The notes beneath the pieces were generated by a model, which saw nothing but the letters and a program-made list of their open reading frames with translations, had not been told where the DNA came from and searched no databases. 64,000 bases of DNA from an uncultured Thermoleophilia bacterium (GTDB lineage: Bacteria > Actinomycetota > Thermoleophilia > UBA2241), in NCBI GenBank assembly GCA_963765635.1, contig CAVXXF010000002.1, positions 17,045 through 81,044 of the forward strand, in the 5' to 3' direction. Positions within the stretch are counted from its first letter, which is position 1. Each line of letters starts with the position of its first letter. Of this stretch, positions 30,447 through 42,823 are shown in pieces. Both the position numbers and the translations under genes were made by a program.

Positions 30447-31783
30447 GACGATGATCTCCCATAGCGCTTCGCGACCTCGATCATCTTCTTGACGTTCTCT
30501 CGCTTGGCCTCGTCGAGGAAGGCCGAGAAGTCCATCATGAAGCCGCCGCCCCTGCCGCAGACTTCGGCGAGTCTCACGCAGTAGGCCTCGACCTCGTCCA
30601 CAGAGGCCGTGGCCAGCAGCGAGCTGGACACGTTGCCCTCGATGCACTGCGAACCCGCCAGCACCTCCTTCGCAGCGAAGGCGTCGGTGGCGCTCTCGAG
30701 GTGGATCAGGCAGGTCCCCGCAGGGATCTCCCTGAAGTGGTGGAGCCGCGAGTCGTACTTGCCCTGCGTGAAGACCCACACCAGAAGGCCCTCGTCCACC
30801 AGGCCCAGGATGAGCTTCTTGAGCGTCGGCCAGTAGAGCTCCTCATACTGCTGCTCGGACATGAAGCCGTCGGCGCCCTTGTAGAGATAGAGCGTGACGA
30901 TCGGCTGGCCGAGGGCTTTGGCTCCGTCGATGCCATAGTGGAGCTGCCAGGGAAGCAGGCGCTCCATGAGGGCGGTCATCTTCTCCGGCCTGGAGTACAT
31001 GTCGACGATGGCGCCGCGCCAGCCGCGGTAGTAGTTGCTGATGACGTCGAACGGCGCGTGGGCCATGGGGCCCAGAAGGTGCGGCAGAGCCAGTCGGCCT
31101 CCCAGCTCCTGGTCGATGCGCCCAAGGTAGTCGAACCACTCTTGCACGGCCTGTCCGGACGCTTGGAGCGCCCTCATGGCGTCGACCACGCCGGGGTTCT
31201 CGGCGGCAGCCAGGACAAGGTCGGGAAGGCCCTGAAAGAACGCGACCATGTTGCGCAGCGGCGGCAGCTGCGCCAGCGGCTCGAGCTCCGGAGAGAGCCG
31301 GGGCAGGTACTTGCGCAGGATCCAGTCCGACGGGTCGTCGAGATACTCGTCGTACTCCGCGGCCTTCATGTACTCGCCCTCGACGAACTGGAACGACTTG
31401 TCGTCGGGCAGGTGGACGCCGGGCAGGCGCACGCGGTTCCAGCGCAGCGCCTCGAACATGCCCGCCGGGAAGATGAATTCGGGACCGACGTAGGCGTCGA
31501 AGTCCGTGTCTTCGTACTGACGCACGTAGGCATCGAACGCCTTGTCGAAGTCGGTCATCGCTTCCCTGAAGGTCAGCGGACCGTAGTCGAAGGCGAACTT
31601 CTGGGTGGCGGCGGGAATGACGGGGATCTTGCCGGCGTCCTTGAGCCGGATGGTGTCGATGATGAGCTGGGCTCTGGCCCGGTACTTCTCCCTGGCCTCA
31701 TGGTTCGCGAAGTGCAGGTGCGCCCCTTTGACCCAGTCGGCGATAAGACGCTCCCCAAGCTTCTCCTCTGCGATGTGATCCAT
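30443..31783 (-). CDS. UroD/MtaA-superfamily methyltransferase-like protein
   Basis: FQFVEGEYMKAAEYDEYLDDP, APFDVI..YYRG, GADGFMS..YEELYWPTLK, CIEGNVSSSLL, GGGFMM. Confidence 0.85.
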   Translation of the reverse strand: MDHIAEEKLGERLIADWVKGAHLHFANHEAREKYRARAQLIIDTIRLKDAGKIPVIPAATQKFAFDYGPLTFREAMTDFDKAFDAYVRQYEDTDFDAYVGPEFIFPAGMFEALRWNRVRLPGVHLPDDKSFQFVEGEYMKAAEYDEYLDDPSDWILRKYLPRLSPELEPLAQLPPLRNMVAFFQGLPDLVLAAAENPGVVDAMRALQASGQAVQEWFDYLGRIDQELGGRLALPHLLGPMAHAPFDVISNYYRGWRGAIVDMYSRPEKMTALMERLLPWQLHYGIDGAKALGQPIVTLYLYKGADGFMSEQQYEELYWPTLKKLILGLVDEGLLVWVFTQGKYDSRLHHFREIPAGTCLIHLESATDAFAAKEVLAGSQCIEGNVSSSLLATASVDEVEAYCVRLAEVCGRGGGFMMDFSAFLDEAKRENVKKMIEVAKRYGRSSS

Positions 31784-32418
31784 CAGGCGTCTCCGTCGGT
31801 CCACGCGGCGGCCAGCTTGACGGCGTGACCCACATCGTTTCCCCAGCCGTCAGCCCCCGTATACGCGCGCACACTCTCGTCCACGGGGGCGCCGCCGACC
31901 ATGATCTTGACCGTGCCGCGGAGGCCGGCGGTCGCGATGCCGTCGACCGTGCTCCGCATGGCGTCGAAGGCCAGCGTGAGGAGCCCGCTGAGTGCGACGA
32001 TGTCGGCGTCGTGCTCCTTGATGGCCGCCACGAAGTCCTCGACCGGCACGTCGATGCCGAGATCGTGCACGGCGTAGCCTTCGATGCCCAGCATGAGCGC
32101 GACGATGTCTTTGCCGATGTCGTGGATGTCGCCGTGGACGGTGCCGATGACGACGGTGCCCCTGGAGCTCTCGGGCACCGCCCTCGCCCCGCCCGGCATC
32201 ACTTCTTCCGAGATGCTCTTCATGATCTCGCCGCCCATGATGAGCTCGGGGAGGAACGCCTCCCCTTCGGCAAAGCGCTCGCCGATCACCGCCATCGCCT
32301 TGCTGCCGTCGGCGATGATGGCCAATGGGTCCGTGCCGCTGTCGAGCATGCGTTTGGCGAGCGTCACAGCCTCGTCCATACGCATCCCCACGATCGCGTC
32401 CGTCAACCCTTGATGCAT
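31783..32418 (-). CDS. Corrinoid (cobalamin-binding) protein 1
   Basis: Cap domain FLPELIMGG, GTVHGDIHDIGKDIV (DxHxxG), SGLLT, IMVGGAP. Confidence 0.92.
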   Translation of the reverse strand: MHQGLTDAIVGMRMDEAVTLAKRMLDSGTDPLAIIADGSKAMAVIGERFAEGEAFLPELIMGGEIMKSISEEVMPGGARAVPESSRGTVVIGTVHGDIHDIGKDIVALMLGIEGYAVHDLGIDVPVEDFVAAIKEHDADIVALSGLLTLAFDAMRSTVDGIATAGLRGTVKIMVGGAPVDESVRAYTGADGWGNDVGHAVKLAAAWTDGDA

Positions 32419-32473
32419 ACGTCCCCCTCGATCCGGCAGTGGCACTGATGCACTCTAGCAGACGCTTCCATAG

Positions 32474-32505
32474 CTGTCTAGACAGGTGGGGAATCATGAT
32501 ACAAT
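32474..32505. promoter_or_regulatory. GntR/HutC-type operator and extended -10 element
   Basis: Perfect palindrome CTGTCTAGACAG (32474-32485) and TGATACAAT between divergent genes. Confidence 0.65.
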
Positions 32506-32548
32506 CAAGATCCGCCAAGGCGGCGTCGAGCCCCAAGCTGGAGAGCGT

Positions 32549-33310
32549 GTGAGCAAGCTCAAGCCCATCGATCGTGCGTCGTTCGAGCCACCGTATTCAC
32601 AGGTCGCGCGCGGCATACGCGAGCGCATCATGACCGGCGAGTATCGAGCCGGCGACCGCCTGCCCTCGGAGGCGGAGCTTTGTGCGATGTACGGCGTCAG
32701 CCGCATGACGGTCCGCCGGGCGGTGACGCTTCTTGCGCAGGACGGCGTCGTGCAAACGGAGAACGGACGGGGGACCTTCGTCAGGGCCCCGGAGCTCGGG
32801 GCCGCGACGTTCGACCTCAGTAGCCTGCGCCGCCTTGTTGACGACGCCGCCACGACGGTGAAGATCAGCGAGGCAAGGATCGTGCCGACCTCCCCGCGGG
32901 TGTGCCGCAAACTCGCGCTCGACGCCGATTCCCCCGTGGTCGCCATCAAGCGCGTCCTCAGCAGCGCCGGCGAGCCGGTCTTCTACCACAGCGAGTATCT
33001 GGTCTTTGACCCCCGGCGTCCGCTCGTCGAAGCCGAATACGGCGTGACCGCGTTGCGCGACCTCCTGGCGAACGCCGCGAAGTCGGGCTTCAAGTACGGC
33101 CGCCTCCAACTGCATGCCTCCACGCTCAGGGAGACCGAGGCCTCTTACCTCGGCGAAGAGCCGGGCGTGCCGGCGTGGGTGATCGAGCATCTCTTCTTCG
33201 ATTTCGAGGATCGACCGGTGAGCTGGGGCCGGTTCATCGGCAGGTCCGACCGCCTGGATCTCTCGACGACGGTCGGCGTTCCTGACGTCGGGGAGGGGGC
33301 AAGCGAATGA
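32549..33310 (+). CDS. GntR family (HutC/UTRA) regulator
   Basis: PPYSQVA, GDRLPSEAELCAMYGVSRMTVRRA, GRGTFV, UTRA-like C-terminus. Confidence 0.92.
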   Translation: MSKLKPIDRASFEPPYSQVARGIRERIMTGEYRAGDRLPSEAELCAMYGVSRMTVRRAVTLLAQDGVVQTENGRGTFVRAPELGAATFDLSSLRRLVDDAATTVKISEARIVPTSPRVCRKLALDADSPVVAIKRVLSSAGEPVFYHSEYLVFDPRRPLVEAEYGVTALRDLLANAAKSGFKYGRLQLHASTLRETEASYLGEEPGVPAWVIEHLFFDFEDRPVSWGRFIGRSDRLDLSTTVGVPDVGEGASE

Positions 33311-33951
33311 CTCCTTCGTCCGCAGCCGACCTGACAGGACTCATCGTGGGGATGGACCAGGGAGGCAGCCTCAACGCCATCCGCGAGCGGCTCGCCGCCG
33401 GCGAAGACCCACGCATGCTGATGGAGGAGTGCCGCGCGGGGATGGAACGGGTCGGCAAGATGTTCGAGAGCGGCGAGTACTTCGTCTCCGCCCTCATCAT
33501 GGCCGGGGAGATCTTCCGCCAGGCCGCAGACATACTGCTTCCCCTGTTGACGGCCACGGGGTCTTCGCAGGATTCACGCAAGGTCGTCATCGCGACGGTG
33601 AAGGGCGATATCCACGACATCGGCAAGAGCATCGCCGTGACGCTGCTCGAGGCCCGCGGCTTCACGGTCGTCGATCTGGGTGTGGACGTCGATCCGGAGG
33701 TGATCGCGGACACAGTCGTGGCGGAGCGCCCCGATGTGGTCGGGCTCTCGTGCCTCCTGACCTCGGGATTTGATACCTTGCGCGAGACGATCGCACTCGT
33801 GCGCGAGCGCACCGCCGACGGGAAGCAGCGCCTGCCGGTGGTGATCGGCGGAACGGCCATCGACCAGCGCTCGGCGGAGTACGCGGGCGCGGACGGCTGG
33901 TGCACCGACGCAGCCGAAGGGATCGCCGTCGTGCACTCCCTGCTGAGTTGA
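33307..33951 (+). CDS. Corrinoid (cobalamin-binding) protein 2
   Basis: YFVSALIMAGE, ATVKGDIHDIGK, SCLLT, VIGG; ATGA overlap with the GntR gene. Confidence 0.92.
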   Translation: MTPSSAADLTGLIVGMDQGGSLNAIRERLAAGEDPRMLMEECRAGMERVGKMFESGEYFVSALIMAGEIFRQAADILLPLLTATGSSQDSRKVVIATVKGDIHDIGKSIAVTLLEARGFTVVDLGVDVDPEVIADTVVAERPDVVGLSCLLTSGFDTLRETIALVRERTADGKQRLPVVIGGTAIDQRSAEYAGADGWCTDAAEGIAVVHSLLS

Positions 33952-34126
33952 CGCCTGGCAGCAGACTCCCTCCGGCCCGGCGCGACATGATGACGTCATG
34001 TCACGTGGCCGAGACGGATGTCCATGGTGCTGCCCAGACGAGGAACGGTGGGAGGGCGCCGTGACGCCGTTCGCGACGATCAGGAGCTTGAGAGGGCCTC
34101 CAGAAGGCCGCGGAGAGCTTCGGACG

Positions 34127-34156
34127 GGTTCGAAAGCTGTCCACTTAGGTCCACCA
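34127..34156 (+). repeat. Degenerate tRNA-3'-end-like repeat, copy 1 (putative att scar)
   Basis: GGTTCGAAAGCTGTCCACTTAGGTCCACCA; 25/30 identical to 41896-41925. Confidence 0.6.
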
Positions 34157-34313
34157 TGACGCAAGCCCGCGTCGACCCACGTCACCTTCCTGCTGGAGGC
34201 CATCGAGCATACGCGCGTGCCCTCGGTGCGGCCGCCAAGGAGCTGCGCGCGATGTGGTGCAGGTGGCGTCGAAACGACTGAGCCGCCGGTCGAGCGACCG
34301 GACCGTAGGTGAT

Positions 34314-34793
34314 CTACGGCTGGTAGGTGTCTACGGGCAGCCCTGCAGCCAGCCACGCGGTGATGCCGCCGTCGACGTTGTACACCTCTGCGAAACCCAG
34401 CCCGACCAGGATGTCGGAGCCGGTCTGGCTGCGGTTGCCGCTCCGGCAGATGACGTAGACCGGTCTGTCGGCTGCGAGCTCGGAGGCTGCCCGCGACTCC
34501 AGGTCTCCCAGGGGGATGAGCACCGCGCCCTGGGGGACGCCCGTCTCGGCCCACTCCTCCGGTTCCCGCACGTCGACCAGCTGGGCTCCATCGTTCGAGC
34601 TCAGCACCTCATTCGCGGTCTGGACGTCCACGGTGACCCAGCCGGAGCCCTCGCCGGCCGGCGCCGGCTCGACGGTAGGCGGTGCCTCCGTACCGGTGGA
34701 CGATCCCGTCTCCTGGCTCGAGCACCCGGCGGCGGCCAGCGCCAGCATGAGGATGACGATCGCCAGGATCGGCAGAAGGAAGCGTGCTCGCAT
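34314..34793 (-). CDS. Rhodanese-domain lipoprotein
   Basis: Signal peptide with AAGC lipobox; DVREPEEW, CRSGNRS, NVDGGITAW. Confidence 0.9.
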   Translation of the reverse strand: MRARFLLPILAIVILMLALAAAGCSSQETGSSTGTEAPPTVEPAPAGEGSGWVTVDVQTANEVLSSNDGAQLVDVREPEEWAETGVPQGAVLIPLGDLESRAASELAADRPVYVICRSGNRSQTGSDILVGLGFAEVYNVDGGITAWLAAGLPVDTYQP

Positions 34794-35012
34794 GATCGGG
34801 ATCTCCTCGCGTTCGTGTGGGTGGGCGACTGCACGGTCTATCTACCCGTCGCCGCATCACTTCAGCGCGCGCACGTGACGCCGCACACCAGGCTCGCGAG
34901 CGGCAGGGCCGTCGTGCCTGCAGCTGAGCCTGCACCACGCAGGGTGGCCACGCTCTGGATACGAGTTGGCTCCCGTGCGAGTCGGCCGATGCCGTAATGA
35001 CACATGTGTGTC

Positions 35013-35049
35013 TTGACATGACATCACTATGGCATCATAATGATGCCAT
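35013..35049 (+). promoter_or_regulatory. Leaderless promoter with palindromic operator
   Basis: TTGACA-17-CATAAT; ATGGCATCA-TAA-TGATGCCAT covers the -10 and the start codon. Confidence 0.75.
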
Positions 35050-35581
35050 GAACCTGCGCCCGCATATCGAGAGCGTTCACCAGCAGCTTGCCGCTACCGC
35101 CGAAGCCGGCGGCGACGAGGCTCGTGCGGCGATTGAACGCCTGATGGCGCCGCTCGATTCCACGATCCGCCTGACGCTGCTCGATGTGCTGACAGCGGCC
35201 GCAGAGGAGATCACCTGCGATCTCGCGCCAGGCTCGGTAGAGGTGCGCTTGAGGGGCCGTGATCCCGAGTTCGTCGTGACCCCGGCGCCGGTCGATCCGT
35301 CCGTTGACGACCAGACGCATGGCGACGGCGAGCGGCTGGACCACCGGCCGGTCACGGGCGTTGCACCGCCCGCTGAGGGCGAGGGCGATGAGGCTGCGAT
35401 GTCGCGCATCAACCTCCGCATGCCCGAGCACCTCAAGGCCCGGGTCGAACGCGCGGCTGCCGATGAGGGACTCTCGGTCAATGCCTGGCTCGTGCGGGCG
35501 GCAGCCGTGGCACTGGAGCGCGCGAATCCAGAACGGCGGACTGCGCAGGGTGCTCAGCGTTACACGGGCTGGGCGCGCTAG
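35048..35581 (+). CDS. Actinobacterial ribbon-helix-helix (HicB-like) regulator
   Basis: AAEEITCDLAPGSVEVRLRGRDPEFVV and SRINLRMPEHLKARVERAAADEGLSVNAWL. Confidence 0.85.
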   Translation: MNLRPHIESVHQQLAATAEAGGDEARAAIERLMAPLDSTIRLTLLDVLTAAAEEITCDLAPGSVEVRLRGRDPEFVVTPAPVDPSVDDQTHGDGERLDHRPVTGVAPPAEGEGDEAAMSRINLRMPEHLKARVERAAADEGLSVNAWLVRAAAVALERANPERRTAQGAQRYTGWAR

Positions 35582-35583
35582 TC

Positions 35584-36468
35584 ATGCCTACCTTCGACAC
35601 TCCCAAGCCGATCTCAGTATCGCTGGAACTCGGCGTCTGTGACATCCGGATCGTGGCCGGCGATCGTACCGACACGGTCGTTGAGGTCCGTCCGAGCGAT
35701 CCAACCAAGACGGGCGATGTGGCAGCCGCTGAGCAGACTCGTGTCGAGTTCGCCGCCGGCAGGCTGCAGATCATGGCGCCCAGAGGGTGGAAGCGGTATA
35801 CGCCCCTGGGTGGCCGCGAGTCGATCGATGTGCAGATCAAGCTGCCGGCCGGCTCGCACCTGCGCGGTGAGGCGGACCTCGGGGCAGTGCGCTTCACGGG
35901 CCGTCTCGGTGAAGTGCACTTCAAGACAGGCCTGGGCGAGATCCGCGTCGACCAGGCAGGCCGGGTTGAGCTCAAGACCGGCGGGGGCGACATCATCGTG
36001 GATCAAGTCGCAGACCACGCCGAGCTCCGCACGGGTACCGGCGCCGTGCAGGCGAGAAGCATCGGCGGCAGCGCCGTGGTCAAGAACGGCAACGGCGACA
36101 CCTGGATCGGCGAGGTCGTCGGCGAGCTATGGGTGAGCGCGGCCAATGGCAGGATCTCCGTCGATCAGGCGCACGGCGCAGTGACGGCCAAGACCGCCAA
36201 CGGCGACGTGCGCCTCTCAGAGATCGCCAGTGGCGCGGTACACGCCCAGACCGCCTGCGGCAAGGTCGACATCGGCGTCCTCGATGGGGTCGCCGCTTGG
36301 CTGGACCTGTACACGAAGTACGGCAACGTACAGAACGACCTGAACGCCGCCGAGCGCGCCGAGCCGGGCGAAGCCACCGTCGAGGTCCGCGCCCGCAGCT
36401 CGTTCGGCGACATCACCGTGCGTCGCTCATCGCTGCTCGCGAACGCTTCAGGGAGGGCCGAGGCGTGA
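35584..36468 (+). CDS. DUF4097 beta-strand-repeat protein
   Basis: MPTFDTPKPI followed by repeated xKTxxGDIxV units. Confidence 0.85.
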   Translation: MPTFDTPKPISVSLELGVCDIRIVAGDRTDTVVEVRPSDPTKTGDVAAAEQTRVEFAAGRLQIMAPRGWKRYTPLGGRESIDVQIKLPAGSHLRGEADLGAVRFTGRLGEVHFKTGLGEIRVDQAGRVELKTGGGDIIVDQVADHAELRTGTGAVQARSIGGSAVVKNGNGDTWIGEVVGELWVSAANGRISVDQAHGAVTAKTANGDVRLSEIASGAVHAQTACGKVDIGVLDGVAAWLDLYTKYGNVQNDLNAAERAEPGEATVEVRARSSFGDITVRRSSLLANASGRAEA

Positions 36469-37406
36469 CTACCGTGGGAGCGGCGATCGAAGCCAAGTCA
36501 CTCCGCAAGTCGTACAAGAACGTCTCAGTTCTGAAAGACGTCAGCTTCAGCGTTCCGAAGGGGACGGTCTTCGCCCTGCTGGGCGGCAATGGTGCCGGCA
36601 AGACTACGACGATCAATATCCTGACGACTCTCATCCGAGCCGATGGCGGCACGGCCACGGTGGCCGGTCACGACGTTGCCGAGCGCCCGGACAGGGTGCG
36701 CAACGAGATCAGTCTGACCGGGCAGTTCGCTGCCGTCGACAATCGGCTGACAGGTCGTGAGAACCTGCTGCTGATCGGCGACCTGCGCCATGTTCCCGAT
36801 TCCGCCAAGACCGCCACAGACCTGTTGCCCCGCTTTGGGCTGGAGGAGGCGGCCGATCGCGCTGTGTCGACGTTCTCCGGTGGGATGCGCCGCCGCCTCG
36901 ACATCGCCATGAGCCTGATCGGTACTCCTGCGGTCATCTTCCTCGATGAACCCACCAGCGGGTTCGACCCGGAAGCCCGCACTGAGATGTGGCGGACGAT
37001 CCGCAGGCTGGCAGAAGGCGGGACGACGGTATTCCTCACAACGCAGTATCTCGAAGAGGCCGATGAATTGGCCGACGACATCGCCGTCTTGCACCAAGGC
37101 AGAATCGTCGCCAGTGGAACAGCCGGCGAGCTGAAGAAGCTCGTACCGGGTGGGCTGATCGAGCTGACTTTCCATGACAAAGAGACCCGTGATGCTGCTG
37201 CAAGGGTGCTTGGCAAGAGTCACGCCCATACTGAAGGCGAGGGCGCGACGCTGACGATCACCACCGATGGCACGGTAGCTCAGGTGGCCGGCATCTTCGT
37301 CGGACTCGAGGATGCTCGAATCGAGCCGACCGAGTTCTCCCAGAAAGTGGCCACGCTCGACGACGCGTTCCTGAAGATCACTGGCAGCAGCCGGGAGGAG
37401 GAATGA
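36465..37406 (+). CDS. ABC exporter ATPase (DrrA-like)
   Basis: GGNGAGKTT, FSGGMRRRLDIA, FLDEPTSG, LTTQYLEEAD. Confidence 0.93.
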   Translation: MTTVGAAIEAKSLRKSYKNVSVLKDVSFSVPKGTVFALLGGNGAGKTTTINILTTLIRADGGTATVAGHDVAERPDRVRNEISLTGQFAAVDNRLTGRENLLLIGDLRHVPDSAKTATDLLPRFGLEEAADRAVSTFSGGMRRRLDIAMSLIGTPAVIFLDEPTSGFDPEARTEMWRTIRRLAEGGTTVFLTTQYLEEADELADDIAVLHQGRIVASGTAGELKKLVPGGLIELTFHDKETRDAAARVLGKSHAHTEGEGATLTITTDGTVAQVAGIFVGLEDARIEPTEFSQKVATLDDAFLKITGSSREEE

Positions 37407-38179
37407 CACACACGCTCGCAGATACCTGGACGCTGGCCAAGCGTAGTCTGCGCCACATCACCCGCAGTCCCGACACAGTCATCACCGTGCTGCTGATGCC
37501 GATCGCCCTCATGCTCCTCTTTGTCTACGTGTGGGGTGGAGCCATGGGGCGGCAGACGGGCTCGGTGAGCTACATCGACTTCATCGTGCCGGGAATCGTC
37601 GTCATGACGGTCCTCAGCGGCATCTCGTACGCTGCAGTCCGCCTCAACATGGACGTGCAGAGTGGCATCATCAATCGCTTCAGGACGATGCCGGTCGCCC
37701 CGTCATCGATTCTCGGCGGGCAGGTCGCGTCATCCACACTCTCGAACCTATTCTCATCCCTGGTGGTCTTGCTGGTAGCGCTCGCGATGGGCTTCCGGCC
37801 GCAGGCCGGCGTGATGGCATGGTCGGTCTTTGCCGGGATCCTGCTGCTGTTCACGCTTTCGACGACATGGCTGGCCATCTTCTTCGGCCTGCTCGCAAAG
37901 ACGATGGAGGGGGCAGGCGCATTCAGCTACATCCTTCTTCTGCTCGTGTTCATCAGCCCCGCATTCGTGCCGACGGACTCCATGACGCCGTTGTTGCGGG
38001 GCTTTGCCGAGAATCAGCCAATGACTCCGGTGGTCGAGACGATGCGTTCACTGCTGGTCAATGGCACGGCCGGCCCCAAGGTCTGGACGGCCATAGCATG
38101 GATCCTCGGTCTTCTCGTAGTCTCGTATCTTCTATCCGTGGCAGTCTACAAGCGCAAAGCGATTGTGATTAACGCCTAG
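37403..38179 (+). CDS. ABC-2 permease (DrrB-like)
   Basis: Six TM segments; YIDFIVPG, RFRTMP, FAENQPMTP. Confidence 0.9.
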   Translation: MTHTLADTWTLAKRSLRHITRSPDTVITVLLMPIALMLLFVYVWGGAMGRQTGSVSYIDFIVPGIVVMTVLSGISYAAVRLNMDVQSGIINRFRTMPVAPSSILGGQVASSTLSNLFSSLVVLLVALAMGFRPQAGVMAWSVFAGILLLFTLSTTWLAIFFGLLAKTMEGAGAFSYILLLLVFISPAFVPTDSMTPLLRGFAENQPMTPVVETMRSLLVNGTAGPKVWTAIAWILGLLVVSYLLSVAVYKRKAIVINA

Positions 38180-38312
38180 AATCGCAGCTTCCCGCTTCCT
38201 GGCGACAGGCGTAGGCCCGCAGGCAACAGGGCTGGGGCACGCTGTGTGCTTCAGCCGTCCTCGTCACTCGCCTCCGTCGAGCATCGTCCCTGCATCCCTC
38301 ACACCGGTGCGG

Positions 38313-40938
<2,626 letters not shown>

Positions 40939-41130
40939 CGCGCTCCCGTCCTTCGAAGATTCCTGCGCTTATTGCAGCTGCGTTCTTATATAGGAGCAAG
41001 ACAAGGAAAACAAGCGTTGGATGGCGTTTTGGGCAGGGAGGAGACTGCCTGGTCAGGTCCGCCACCGTGGTCACATTAGCAGCGTGGGGAGTTCCAATCG
41101 TCTAGGGTGGTCTTCAGTCGGCATGAAGGG

Positions 41131-41883
41131 ATGACAGTGGTGCAGGAGACAAGGTCCGTTGAAGTCTGCTTCTCACCGGGGCTGTTCCAGGACGTCGTGA
41201 CGACGGGCGACTTCATCGTCGTGCTGGTGGATATCCTGCGCGCCACGACCACCATCTGCACCGCGGTCGCGAATGGTGCGGAGGCGATCATCCCTGTCGC
41301 CTCTCATGAAGAGGCGAGACAACTCAAGTCGGAGGGATTCCTGGTCGCGACCGAAAGGGATGGCGTCCAACTCGACTTCGCGGATTTCGGGAACTCGGCC
41401 TTCAGCTTCACCAGAGACGCGATCCGCGGGAAGACACTCGTCTATTGCACGACCAACGGTACGCGAGCGCTCGAGATGGCGAAGAGCGCCAGCAGCATCG
41501 CGATCGGAGCCTTCATCAACATCTCGGCGGTGAGTGAGTGGCTAGCGGGGCAGCAGAAGAACGTGGTCATCCTGTGCTCGGGCTGGAAGAACAAGTTCTG
41601 CCTCGAGGACACGCTCTTTGCCGGGGCACTGACGGAGAGATTGCTGAACACGGGCTTGTTTCGATCCGATTGTGATTCGGCCCATGCCTCGATGGACCTC
41701 TGGCATCTGGCCGAGGGCGATGTGCTGGGTTACGTCGAGAAGGCCGCCCAGCGCCACCGTTTGAAGAAGCTGGGGCTGGACGACGTGATCCCTTACTCGT
41801 TCGAGTGCGACCAGGTGAAGGTCGTGCCGGTGTTCGACGGAAAGCTGATCAAGGGGTACGTGGCTCATCCACCGATGGCTTGA
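41131..41883 (+). CDS. comB: 2-phosphosulfolactate phosphatase family protein
   Basis: VDILRATTTI, DFGNS, TTNGT, CSGWKNKFCLED. Confidence 0.88.
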   Translation: MTVVQETRSVEVCFSPGLFQDVVTTGDFIVVLVDILRATTTICTAVANGAEAIIPVASHEEARQLKSEGFLVATERDGVQLDFADFGNSAFSFTRDAIRGKTLVYCTTNGTRALEMAKSASSIAIGAFINISAVSEWLAGQQKNVVILCSGWKNKFCLEDTLFAGALTERLLNTGLFRSDCDSAHASMDLWHLAEGDVLGYVEKAAQRHRLKKLGLDDVIPYSFECDQVKVVPVFDGKLIKGYVAHPPMA

Positions 41884-41895
41884 CCTCCAGCCGGA

Positions 41896-41925
41896 GGTTC
41901 ACAAGCTTTCGACTTAGGTCCACCG
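41896..41925 (+). repeat. Degenerate tRNA-3'-end-like repeat, copy 2 (putative att scar)
   Basis: GGTTCACAAGCTTTCGACTTAGGTCCACCG. Confidence 0.55.
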
Positions 41926-42168
41926 CTCGCCGCTCGGGTCGAGACTCGTCACCCCTGCAGCGCTCGCGTGTCGAGGGATCATGGAGCTCTTGCTGCCATG
42001 AAGTTCCCGCATCTAGCAACCGTTCTTCATGGTGCGCGGCCCGAGGCCACGTCCCGATATGGGTGCAAGTCCGTCGTCCGCGAGATTGAGTTTCGTAATA
42101 TTAAGATTGACTTTCTCAATTCAGAGAGGTATATTCGCTCCATCATGTGAACGAGAGTGGAGTACCTC

Positions 42169-42528
42169 ATGACGAATGACTGGCACGAGCTGACCGATCT
42201 CACCGCAGACCGACGATTCCTCGTGACCGAGGTGCGGATGGACTCCGGTATCTCGATCCAGGGCGAGTTCGAGCTGCCGCCTCTGGCCCGCCTGCGGTAC
42301 GAGGACCAGGTGTTCGTGAGCGAGTTCGTCCGCAGCCACGGCTCGATCAAAGACATGGAGAAGGCGTTCGGCATCAGCTACCCGACCGTCAAGAACCGCC
42401 TCAACCGCATCATCGACCTGCTCCCGATGGTCGAGGTCGTGGCTGCGTCTGAGGGCGACGACGCCCTCGAGCTGCTCGAGCGCGGTGAGATCTCCGCGCA
42501 CGAGGCCGCCGAAAGGCTCAGGCGATGA
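42169..42528 (+). CDS. DUF2089-like HTH protein
   Basis: IQGEFELPPLARL..DQVFVSEFVRSHGSIKDME..GISYPTVKNRL; upstream TTGACT-17-TATATT with AGATTGA(G/C)TTTC direct repeats. Confidence 0.8.
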   Translation: MTNDWHELTDLTADRRFLVTEVRMDSGISIQGEFELPPLARLRYEDQVFVSEFVRSHGSIKDMEKAFGISYPTVKNRLNRIIDLLPMVEVVAASEGDDALELLERGEISAHEAAERLRR

Positions 42529-42809
42529 ACGTCCCGCCGCTGGTCCTCGACCTGAAGGTGGTCAGGCCCGAGCGGCGCCCGGTCCGCCTGTGGCTGCCCC
42601 TGTTCCTGCTCTGGCCCTTGGTCCTGGTGCTCGGCGTCCTCGCGCTCCTGCTCACGATGGTCGCCGATGGCGTGCTGTTCGTCCTCGGCCGGCGCTACCA
42701 CCACTACACCGTCTTGCTGGTCCGCTCGTTCGCCACGCTGGGCGGCACACGCGGGATGGCCATTCGTTTCAGCAACACGAAAACGGCCGTCGACATGACG
42801 GTCCAATGA
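42525..42809 (+). CDS. Small membrane protein
   Basis: ATGA coupling; RLWLPLFLLWPL hydrophobic segment. Confidence 0.7.
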   Translation: MNVPPLVLDLKVVRPERRPVRLWLPLFLLWPLVLVLGVLALLLTMVADGVLFVLGRRYHHYTVLLVRSFATLGGTRGMAIRFSNTKTAVDMTVQ

Positions 42810-42823
42810 GGAGGGTGAGTACG

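Noticed and set aside
32419-32548. Cobalamin riboswitch in the corrinoid cluster
   Set aside because: The region is short and has no B12-box or GGGAA..GCCCCCGC core; a GntR operator explains it.
28762-33951. Pyrrolysine or selenocysteine read-through in the methyltransferase cluster
   Set aside because: All ORFs are full length, and most stops overlap the next start; no internal TAG or TGA interrupts a domain.
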